Assembly: GCF_009914755.1 (NCBI RefSeq)
Contig: NC_060930.1
Direction: 5' to 3' (one strand)
DNA from: the human T2T-CHM13v2.0 reference genome, Homo sapiens
Length of the DNA stretch: 64,000 nucleotides
In this document: in pieces, positions 1 to 11,567 of the stretch
Position numbering within the stretch: position 1 is the first letter of the stretch
Layout: each line of letters starts with the position of its first letter
The notes under the pieces: generated by a model
Database searches by the model: none
The model's input: only the letters and a program-made list of their open reading frames with translations
What the model was told of the DNA's origin: nothing
Made by a program: the position numbers and the translations under genes

Positions 1-89
1 TTCTTATCTATCCACCTAGAAATATGCTATAAAATATGAGCACATAGATTTGTGTATATGTGTCTATAAACAGTTTTTAAGCATTTATA

Positions 90-630
90 TGTGTGTGTAT
101 ACACCATTTGATAGTACATTAGAGATACTGCCTGGCATCCTACTTTGCACGCTGTAATTTGAAGATTGTTCTGCATTAGTGAATAGGGATATGTTTCATT
201 ATTTTTGATGGTTGTATAATATTTCCTTGTCTGCTTACATCAACCTTTAACTTATCACTCCCAGGCTGATGGACTCTTGGCTGTCACAGACAGTTCTTTC
301 ATGAGAAAGTTTTCATATGTGTCATTTCTCATGAATACTAGCTGCCCACAAGATATTCCTACAAATGGAATTGTTGATTTGAAGTGTATGAACATTTAAA
401 ATTTATTTGGATAAATGTCACCAAATAACTTTCCACAAGAGTGTGCCAATTTAAACTCCTCCTAGTATTGAGGTGCCTGTTTATCTGCTAAATGAAAAAT
501 GGCATCTCACTAGTGTTATTTGTATTTCTCTGATTATGAGTAAGGTTAACTATCTTTTCATATGTTTATGAGCTATTTGTATTTATTTTTCTAAGAGCAA
601 TCTGTTCACATTAAAGTCTATTTTCAACTC
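90..630 (-). mobile_element. Old L1M (L1MC/L1ME-type) 3' fragment
   Basis: Degenerate antisense L1 3'-region motifs such as 'aaaatggcatctcactagtg...tgtatttctctgattatgagtaaggttaactatcttttcatatgttt'. Boundaries approximate. Confidence 0.7.
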
Positions 631-1939
631 TGCTTAATTGTCAAATGTTTGGAGTCAAAACTGTTCTAGTTAATATTTCTTCCCCATTATGTTCTCTGAG
701 TAAACAATGTTACACTTCTGTCATCCTACTGGTTATCTACCAAACAGCTCTGTCTAAATATTTTGCCTAAATTTTTCCCTAGTGAATATTGGTGCTTGGC
801 AGATGTGAGCTGGGGAGAGTGGGGACGGATGGCAGTGTTGTCCCAGGGCAGGTGGTTAGATTGAGCTCAGATCCTCACTTCCATAGCATGTGAAAGTCCA
901 CAGTTTAGCCCTCTCCTTCCAGTTGTCACTGTACCTGGGAGTTGCGGGGAATCCTACACTCATCTCATTTTCTGCCTCCTGGATCTTTGTGTGACATATT
1001 TGGTTTCTACACATCCTCCGGGTACAGGCAACAAACTCACACTCCCTACATCTCTCTCAAGTACTTCCACAGAACTGGAATATTTTTGAATTTAGTTGAA
1101 TTTACCAAAGCTGTGAAGGTTATGAGACATCACACCTTTAAACACTCTTGCTGTTTTTTTTTTTTCAGACTCTTTTGTATTCTACATCTCTCCCCCGAAC
1201 TCCTTCCCCTACTTATTTCTCAAGCATAAGTTCCTCTTTTTATGTATATTGTCTTTTGGCGAGCACATTTTTTGAATTCTGTGTGACCTTTCCTATGTAC
1301 GAAATGGTATATACAAGTATTTCTTCAAAACAATGCGGTGCCCTTACTAAGATGAATTCCAGTGAATAAAATTTCTTCCATACATGTGTATCTGGAAATC
1401 TATCTAATTTTCATATATGTCTCATCTGCTAATACTTGACATAGGGATAGACTCAAGGGCTATGATGTTGACTTAAATGCCACATAATGCTGGTAGTTCA
1501 TGAGAAAGAATTTACAAGGTTCCTGCAATGAAAAACATTTTGAGTCAACTGCAAAGGTCTCATTGATAAGATGTAGGAAGGTGTTCTTCTTTTTCTTATC
1601 TAAATTTATGTGTACTGGTCAGTTATAGGTATTCATGCCCAACTTCCATACTGAAGATTTCTGACATTGATATAAAATTCTGCATTGTAGATCAACCCTC
1701 AGCTTCTAATAATCTTTGTTCAAAGGTCAGTGCTTTTTAGAATAGGTGTCCTGGCACTAGCAACCACTCCGTTTTTTTTTGTTGTTGTTGTTGTTGTTTA
1801 TTTTTTTAAGATTTCTCACTGGACTATTATTCCCTGATATGTTTATGAGCCTTTTATTATATGATTTTTCTGCCCCATTCACAATGTAGAAGTCATTGGG
1901 CATAATGTTTATTATTCAACTTTCTGTCTCCATTAACAA

Positions 1940-3430
1940 ATTTATCTACACACACACAGTCTTCCCTTATTTCCAACAGTCTTGGTGGATGGGCACTTCT
2001 TTTCCTTCTCAAGGTCAACCTGTCCCTTTCTACCCTTGACTCCATAAACCTTCTCAGATCTAGCTGATATCTCTCTCACTTACTAAAAAATACAAATATC
2101 TCCCCTAAACTCTTAACTTTGAATTCTATCTAGTAATTCCATTATTTCTTCTTTACTTATCAAAATTTTAGAAAGTGCCTCCATCTATCTGTTTTGATTT
2201 CTTTCCTCTCCATTCACTCATCTATCAACTGCAACTTGCCTTCTGTCCCTACCAATTTACTGATTTCACCCAGTCACCAATGATCACCTAATTCCCAAAT
2301 GAATTAAGTTTTCAATTTTACCTAATTGGGCCACGCGTCTGCCTCTGTTGCTGTTGATCTCTCCCCAGTTCTTGAAAAATCTCTTTCTTCTTCTTTTCCA
2401 TAGCATCACTCTCTTTTGATTCTCTGTATGCTTTTACGATGGACCCTTACCCGTGTGTTTTTCATGTGCTCCTCGTCCTTGGTACATCCTTAAAATGCCT
2501 CTTTCCAAAAGGTCTGTCATTGCCCATTGCCCACTGAATTCTTCTCCTGCTTCTACCTCCAAAATTCCTGTATTTTGTGTGCAAGATTCTATCTTTTCCA
2601 CTCTCCTTGAGCTATCTCACCAAATTCCTTGGTGAGGTATCTACTACTAATATACTAAAGATCATGAAAGAACTACGCCCAGCTCAAAGCTGTCTATAAA
2701 CTCCAAATATTGAAGGACAGCCACACATTGACTATTTCATTCCATTGTTCCACAGTCTGAAATTGAGTTCCTCTCTCTCCTGCTTGGTTAGCTTCTATTC
2801 CTGCTTTCTCTATCTCTACAGGGGATCGAGGGTGCCAACATTTATTTCCCCAACGTATTAAGCTAACACTCATTTATTTTTTATTTCTTTCTGTACCTTG
2901 TTTTTGTTGCAAATCAAAATTGCAAGTTTAATTTCCTAAATATTTCTCAACTCCTCTCCTTTCAATGTGTCTCTGCCATACTACCCTGATTAAGGCCCTT
3001 TTTTTTCTGTTGACTATCAAATTTCAGCAGCTTCCCAACAAACCTTCTTGCCTCTTTTGTGTTGTCTATCTCAAATTATTCAGTATATGCTGAAGTCATA
3101 TCTCTATAATGTAAACATGACATTTCATTCATCTTTAAATCCTTGCTATCTCTCCATCTCATTTCTTATTGCTCCCTTCCTCATGACACCATTCCTCTTA
3201 TCTGTCATGATGTTTCCTGTCCCAGGCCTGTGTTCAGACCCTCCTATATTAAATGTTCTCACATTCATCATTTTCCAATTAAGCTATTTGGTAAAAGCCC
3301 ATAACTTTAGATTTGTCTGTTTATACAACTGTCTCTCCCACTGATTTGAATACCTGAGGACAGAACAATGGCAAGAGCAGTGCCTGTCACATAATATATG
3401 CTTAATAGTGTCATCAAATAGATGTATCAG
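1940..3430 (+). mobile_element. L2 LINE fragments
   Basis: Pyrimidine-rich L2-like segments ('ccagtcaccaatgatcacctaattcccaaat', 'ctgttgatctctcccc') ending in an L2 3'-like 'cagtgcctgtcacataatatatgcttaata'. Confidence 0.65.
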
Positions 3431-3449
3431 GGAATGATTTCGATAAAAA

Positions 3450-3655
3450 TCATGGATTGGGTATCTCAAGGTCAAACTGAACACTGGGCCAATATAATCA
3501 TTTCACTTCTCTTGGTTTTATTCTCCTTATTGCAAAATGAGTATAATGAGATTAATCACCTTACAGGATTTTTACAAAGATTTAACAAGACAGTACTATG
3601 CAAAGCACTTGGCATGGTGCCCGATGTAGTAATTGCTCACTAAATATGACAATAT
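3450..3655 (+). mobile_element. MIR SINE
   Basis: MIR core 'tgcaaaatgagtataatgag...tgcaaagcacttggcatggtgcccgatgtagtaattgctcactaaat'. Confidence 0.7.
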
Positions 3656-4539
3656 AATACCAACAATGAACTTTTCTGCTTCTACTAGTAATACTGTTGG
3701 TTGGCGTTATCAGGAGGGTAATTCGCGAGTCTATTCTTTTCACTCATCACTATTATTAGCTTTAACAGTGAGGAAATTGGCCTTATGGAGGCTCATTTTC
3801 TCAATAAGTGAGCTCAAGCATCATGCTGGCTTTATTACTGTTTTTTAACTACAAAGATATTTTACTTTATTTTCCCAATTGGAAAACAGTGAATGGAAGG
3901 AGCATCTAAAAACTGCTCATAGCCCCACCATCCAACTGCAACCACTGTTGCCATACAGATTTTTCTCCTGAGGGCTCTTTTTCTACACACACAATGCACA
4001 CATTGAGGGTGGTTGCAGCCGTTAGTGCTGGTGACCCTGATGTTAATTCTGCTATTTAGTGCAAGGATCATAGGCACCGGGAAAGCATAGATTTAAAGAA
4101 TCTGTAGGGAAAGGAGATAGGTTTAATCTGAGTCCAGAGCTGAACAAGAACTCAAAATTGAAGATCAGTTAGACCCTCTGTTAGCGTCAGATCCTTCACA
4201 GGGCAGAGAAACAAACATTTCTTTGTTTCAGAACTCCAGCGTTAAGAGTTATTGATGTCTGTAAATATTAATAACAATGGTAACTTACTACTTGCTCAGC
4301 TAATTAGGATTTCAGCCACATTTAACTTTCAAAACACCGTTTTCTTATATTACAATTTCTTAATGTGTCACAGTTATTGTTTTTACCAACAGCCATATGT
4401 TCTCATCCTCTGGGAGTGAATACCTGCCATTCTTAAATAGATATGTCACAAATTCAACATTTATTTAGCAACAGATATTAAACAATAGGAATGAACATTC
4501 TTTTCAATTTACTAAATTGTGCTAAAACTAAAACTGAAA

Positions 4540-5090
4540 AAAGGAATCATTCATTTATTATCACTTTAATTAATTCAACAATTATTTATTGCCTAACTGC
4601 TGTGTGCGAGCCATAGCTCTGGGCTCTGGTTAAACTGTGATTAACTTACAAGTTTAATGTCTTCAAGGTACTCCCATTAGCCAGGAAACCCATCATAAAC
4701 ACAACAGTCAAATAAATGTAAAGTTTAGGATTGTGATCAGCACATTGAATGAAAGAACATGCATTGTTACAATAAAATGATAAAGTTGGAGGGTATGAGA
4801 TGGGGGGACCTGCCTTTCCATAGTTAGGGAAGATGCCTTTGAGGAGGCAATATTTCAGCTGAGACCTAATGGAATATAAAGGTCAGCCAGGCATCAGCTT
4901 GATAGACGAGCATTTTGGCTTGGTGACCAGAAGGGGTTTGCTTCCTGGGGGGACTGAAAGAAGCCCAGCATGGCTGGAGTTTGGAGGTGAGCAAAGCAGT
5001 GAGCAGCTCTGATGAGGATAGACAAGCCAGGCCTGATCACATGGGGCCTTGTAGGCCATGTTAAAGAATTTGAGTGTCTCCACATGTACT
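4540..5090 (-). mobile_element. L2 LINE 3' fragment
   Basis: 'attcaacaattatttattgcctaactgctgtgtgc' start, followed by 'ggccttgtaggccatgttaaagaatttgag', typical of antisense L2. Confidence 0.7.
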
Positions 5091-5340
5091 GTTTGCAAAC
5101 TCATGGCCTCCCCTTTGATGCTCTGTTCTAGGTGATCGCTGCAATCATTATCTGTCAAACACACCTGTGCCTATGCATAATGTTAGCTTGGTGCTTTAGT
5201 GCACGCTCATATTCCTTCTGGCTGGAATGGAAATAGTATTAACTTGAATTGGAATGTGTGCTCAGAGACCTGCAAGCAATATAGTCCTGGGCAAGTTTGG
5301 AGCCCTACTGGGCCTCATATCTTGTGAAATTATGAAGAGA

Positions 5341-6145
5341 TGAAACAGGATATTTCCCTGACCTTTTTGCAGGCAGGAACGGGAGTGCATGGATGCCAGC
5401 AGGGGTGAATTCCATGAATTCCACCCCTCATGGGAGGAGAAGTGCAGGTGAAAAGGTGCAGGAGCTGGGGCAAGCACCTTTGGGTACCATCAAGAGCAAA
5501 CTCCATACTGGCCCCACGGCAGCATCTAGGGAAGGGTGCCTGAGATCCCAGAAGCCCCAGAAGAAGTGTTACAGTGCCCTATTAGCTTTTCTGTCTGTGG
5601 ATGGCTTAAGTGTTAACAGCTCATTGGAGGGTCAGTGTCACAGCCTTTTGCACCGACACTCATGGCACCCGAGTTCTTGTCCGGCATCCAGGAGGAATGA
5701 GGTTGCTTGGATGAATTGAAGATGGTAAATGCAGAAGATTTTATTGCTGGTGAAAGTGGCTCTCAGTGGGAAGCAGAGCTGAAAAGAGGACCGTGTGGGA
5801 AGGTAATCTTCCCCTGGAGTCCGGCCAGGGACAGACTCTTCTCTGAAGCTGTTCCACCAAGCTGTCCATCTGAAGTTAAGCAGCTTCCCTCGGACATCGA
5901 ACTGTAGTCCCAGATGTCCAGTTCCTTCTCCTCGCTCTGCCAGCTGAGCCTTGGGTTTTTATGGGCATAGGATGGGGGCAGGGCAGGCCATGGGTGGTTT
6001 TGGAAAAGGCAACATTGGAGTGGGAAAACAGAGATGTAGGTTCTCACTTTGAGTTGTGGTCCCAGGCTTTGCGGCTTGAGGGTGGGGCCCTCACTGGGGA
6101 CCTGCCCTCTTCTGCCCAGAATTTCCCTGCCTGCTGTAACTATCA
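5341..6145 (-). mobile_element. ERV1 solo LTR of the MER52/LTR1/LTR27-28 group, inserted in a MIR
   Basis: TG...CA termini, 4-bp TSD 'gaga' (5337-5340, 6146-6149), motif 'cacccgagttcttgtccggcatccaggaggaatgagg'. MIR halves flank it. Confidence 0.8.
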
Positions 6146-8729
6146 GAGATACATCTCAACATGTTGAGGTGAGAAATAAATAAAATAATACATGTGAACT
6201 CTCTAGCATGGGGCCTGATAAAAACCAGTTGTTACTAAATACTAGTTTCCCTTTATCTCTCCACTTATGGAGTTTTTATCTATTCCATTCCATTGCCCTT
6301 TTCTAAGCCACAAAAAAATTTTTGGTCATGTACCACTTATTTGCTCTTATCCAATAATTTACTGAGTTTTATTAGTTATCTGTCTGTCTTACTTGTCCCA
6401 GTAGATTAGGATGGCGATCATGCCCAAACCTCACAGTGACGAATAATAGCACTAGGCACAGAGGTGATGTTAAGTAAATCTGTTGTGTTTCATTTTATAA
6501 TACACTAAAGCAAAGACAATCTTGACTGGCAAACTGTGCAGGATGCAGGTAACAAAAAGGAAAATGAAAATGGATTCCACAATTCCAGGGAAGTTAAGGA
6601 GAACCTGCTTAGGGAGCTTGGGGTGGAGAAGAGAGAATGCTATTACAGTAGGGAGAAAGGGCCCTTGATTCATGATGCCCAGTTTAGAGATACCTGTGGT
6701 TATGCCTGTGATCCCAAACTACATGGTGAATTAAAACAACCGATTATTTGCCCTCCCCATTAGTTCATTAATTCAACATTTATTTAATATTTTCCATTGA
6801 TAATGTTATATCTTTAGCTATATCTTGGTAAAATATCTGAGCTGAGTAATTTAATTTTGGACAGACTAAATATTATGTGAATAATTTTAAAGCAGTGAGT
6901 TTTGGCATAGATTTCTTACATTGTATTTTTCTATATGAAATATTATAGGGTTTACACTAATGTAGGTTATCAAATATATTTGTTTCTTGTACACTAAATC
7001 AAGCAATAAGATTTTTAATTGTAAAACATGATAAGCTACATAATTTTATAGATAGAAAAACAATATTTTCAAATTTTTTATTTGAATATTACTTTTGTAG
7101 GTATAATTGCTGAGAACCTTGGTGAATTTTGATAGGGCAATATAAATATATAATCTATCAAGTATAAATAATTTGTTCCCATGTGCCTATGTAGAACAGA
7201 GATCAGCAGAGTTTGTGGGCCACATTATAGTTATTATTTTATGCTCCTATTTTTAAGATAATTTTTAAAGCATGTCTATCTTAATTATTCAGAGATTTTT
7301 TTCTATCCTTATGTTTAACTTTTCTTTCAAGTTGCTTCAAGATAAGCACTTTAAAAGCAGAGTGGTTTATAAAATGAAATAATTCCTTGAATATTTTTAT
7401 TTTCTTTGTCTCTTTAGTATCCCAGATTGCTATGTCCTTTTAATTTTCAATAAGCAAATTTCTCAGAAGCATAATCATTTGATTTAGAGATTTACATGAA
7501 TACATTTATCCTTCTAAATAGAATAAAAACCTTTATTATATTAGTCTGAGTATTTCTCCCAGGTATTAAATTTATCTTCAACCCAGTGGTCCAGGTTCCA
7601 AGGGATGCCTGTAATTAGATGTAATTACATGTCATATTCATCAACCAGTAGTATTTCAGGTCATGATTCTGCTACTCTACTCCCTAGACCTTTCCCACAT
7701 TCTCTTCCCACCTCCCTTTTTAGAGCCTCCCTTATGATCCCTACCAAGGAAATGTCTCTAAATTACATCCTACTTCTAAAACTGTCTGGGAGCTACCTCC
7801 CATGAGAGCCTATAATCAAGAGTGATAACAGGGGGCATGGCACTGTTTTAATGTCCATTTTTCCCTGAGGAACATATCTTTAATTTCCAACTTTAAATCT
7901 CTGTCTAAAACCCCCTCTATGAAGGTAGCTGCAGTGGGCCTGGCAGTCTTGCTCTAAAGTAGCTTCCTCTGCTTTTGGACTTGAGTTATGTCTCAGTATG
8001 CATGATGTGATTCTTCTGGTTTATTTTTTCTTGCAGTTCCTTGGAGTGTAGCAGCCAAAATAAGAGAATGAGTTTTCCACAGATGTCCGAGGCACACTTG
8101 CTGGCCTCTTTTGCTTTTTTCAGGATTTTCTAAAAAATAAAAAGTACATGCTTTGGGCCCAGGCAGACTCTGGATGGAGTGTGAGGTCCACACAGGAGTC
8201 TATTGGAGATTTGTTTCCATTCTGCACTCAATGTCCTAGAATTCTTCAGAGGTCTCCTGCCAAGAAAGTAGGTGGGGGCAAGGACACTAGACAGCCTAGT
8301 TGTCATTTTCCTCCTCCTTTTCTTCCACAGATTTTGCTTTTCATTTCTGTTTTCCAACATTGCAAGTCTTCCCTTGTGGATTGTTTTGAGCTCCTCAAAG
8401 GAACCAGTAAATAAATAGTATAGATAGTGGTTTGTTTGTTTGTTAACGCAGTTAGCATCAGATTTACAATCCTCTTGCATTCCTCCCCCAAGTTTTCCTT
8501 GGCATTACTAGGCAGACCCAAATTGGTGACTTCCCAGTATTGCAGTGAAGGATGGGCAGATAGGCTGTTGCCATGGAAACAAGGTAATTGCTCAGAGGAT
8601 TCATCCTGCATGGGTAATATTGAACTAACTGCTGTACAGTTTCCCATTTATTACAAAACATTTACAAGGAAAATGGGATGTGTTTCATGATGCTAAACTG
8701 TTTGCCTCTTTTCAAGAAGCTAAGCAAAT

Positions 8730-9131
<402 letters not shown>

Positions 9132-10583
9132 TCAGGTGTTTATTTCCAGTGAGTATTGCAGCGATCATCATCTGGCTTGCCTTGCATGGCAGTACATTGG
9201 GGAATATGTGTTCTTTTTTGTGCTGTTTGAACATCATTTGGTATTCCTTCCTTTTTGACTTCCTCCATTGCACAGAATGACCTGATTATCTTTTGCCATC
9301 ATAACTTCCTTTTCCTTTGTCTAATTGTTCATATACTCACCTATAATAACTTCCTTTAAAATGGAAGGCAAATTTTTCCTCTCACTGTCGTTGGATGGAA
9401 TGGATTTAACTATGTGTTTTAATTCCAATCTGTAAAATGCCTTCATGCATATAGTAGGAGCTCAATAAAGGTTCAGTGAAAATGCCTTCTGAAAAGATGT
9501 TTATTATTCTTTGGCTCCAGTCTTCTTATTTGTAAAACCAAAGCCTAGATCAGTGTTTCTCAGCTTCTTGACCTCAGCTCACAAGTGGCTTCCTAGAGAG
9601 CATGTCTTCTGGTTAGGGATAATTTTCTTCCCTGGCTCTAGTGCAATGTCATCCCTTTCTGTAGGTTGAGAAAGCCCATAAAATACTTTCTAAAAGTATG
9701 TGTATCTCCTCACACAGTTCTCACTCACACCTCGTTTGACAGTGAGACTCATGATACTAGATCTAGATGACCTTCAAATTCCCATTTGGTTTTGATACTC
9801 TGCAATTCAGTGGTACTATTCTCCAGTCACTTCCTTGAGGAAATCAGGTCTGAGCAAATTGGCTTGGCATATCTTTTAGGAGCTCCCAAATAGCACATGC
9901 TTACTGTTATTGTTACCTTGCCACATTTTACTGATTTTATTCATCTGTCCTCCTTCAGTAGACTTGCACTCTTTGAGGATGGGTCTGTTTCTAATGTAGA
10001 GTTGTTTGCATGTGGCCTAGCATGGGATAACAGCAAATCTTCAATAAGTGTTTGGTGAACATAACAGTTGATTATGTTGATGTAATATGCCGTCCAGATT
10101 ATAGCTTTATTAGTGCATTTAAAGCCGATGCATGTAGGGAGCCCTTACAAACTCTTTACAAATGCGCATGTTATATCTCCTAAAACATATTTAAGTTTCA
10201 TGAGGACCAAGAAGGGTGAAGAGACCAACTGGGGTGTTGAGAGTGGGTATGCTAGAATAGCCTGATTTGGGAATTTGTTTGTTTTCTTATTTGTGTAACA
10301 TCCTCTCCATGCCAAATGTGATTGCCTTGCTTAAGATGGTGTAATATTAACATCATTGCTTTACAAATGCTAAATCAATTGTTTATCTATGGTACTGTTA
10401 ATGGGATGGCTACTTTATCCCTTTCTTTTAAAGGCCACAGAACGGAGCCAAATTCTGACACCTCCATTTCCTCCTGTGATGTTACAGAGCCTGATTTCAG
10501 TTTCATAAAAATAAATAAAAATAAAATATATGCGCTAATATGAAATGTCAGCTAAAATCAATAGTAATCTATTTCTCTTGCAG

Positions 10584-10613
10584 CGTGAGCGGGACCCAAA
10601 CAATCAATTAGCA
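10584..10613 (+). other. Candidate 30-nt cassette exon (phase 0 reads RERDPNNQLA)
   Basis: Acceptor 'tctatttctcttgcag', donor 'GCA|gtaagc', length divisible by 3, one open frame, TGCATG at 10629. No transcript evidence is available. Confidence 0.35.
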
Positions 10614-11488
10614 GTAAGCTTGTCAAAATGCATGGGGCAGAGGTTGCTAGATGCTTCATCACAATTTTATTTGCCCAGAGCATTTGAATAAATGAAGTGA
10701 AATGTTTCCGCAAGTCTCTGAATCTTTGATAGATAATTTTTGGACCTCCTGCTGAAATACTGTTGGCTAATTTCCTGCAGTAAATTTTTTCAGTGATTGT
10801 CACAACCTGTAGTAATAAATGACATTTTCTCCAATATGTTACTATGCCTCAGTGCAGAGAGATGACACACAGGCTATGTGCATGTCTGTAAGAATGCAGC
10901 TGTGTGTGCATTTTTTTATGAAGAAAAATAGCTTCCTCTGGAGATTTTGCTGAAAATCCCATTCCTCCTCTCAAATAGCAGGCACTTAATAAATATTCAT
11001 TGAGTTGCATTCTATTTTATGCTATCTCTTGGTATTCCCTGCCTCTGCAGGATTGGGGGAACAGAGTGGACGGGATGATGAATATAGGAAGAAATGCATA
11101 TGCATTGCACCAATGTAGTCACAGAGGTCTGAATTGGCAATCAGACTCACAAGATGCAAGTAAGCTTTAATGTTGTGTTTCCGCAGCTTTATAGAAGGAT
11201 ACAGGGCAGGAACCTCAGCAGGCACATCATCATCCCATGGGGCTCACCACATACTTAAGTACACAGCCCTTCACAGAAGATTTTAAAACAGAAGTTTGTT
11301 CTCACTTGCCATCTTATTTCTCTTGTTGTTTATTACCTTAAATAGAGACTAATATAAATACAGCTATTTTTATGAAAAAAATCACTATTGGAAAATGTGT
11401 GAATCAAGCATAGTTCATGAGAAATAAGAAAATGAATGTAATATCCATATACATCAAAGTTTTAGGCACAAAAAAGAATGGATAAAAA

Positions 11489-11567
11489 TGTTTAAAACAT
11501 ATCTCAGCATTATGCCCAAATTTATATTGTTTAAAAACATATCTCAGCATTATGCCCAAATTTATAT
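11489..11567. repeat. Tandem duplication, 39/40-bp unit x2
   Basis: 'tgtttaaaa(a)catatctcagcattatgcccaaatttatat' twice, differing by one A. Confidence 0.95.

Noticed and set aside
1250-1770. Non-repeat-looking segment considered as a processed pseudogene
   Set aside because: No recognisable protein similarity, poly(A) tail or TSD could be established by eye.
5961-5997. G-quadruplex-like run
   Set aside because: Long loops, and part of normal LTR sequence.
8020-8335. Strong-looking splice acceptors at about 8036 and 8330
   Set aside because: No convincing paired donor or open frame. Such tracts are common by chance in T-rich DNA.
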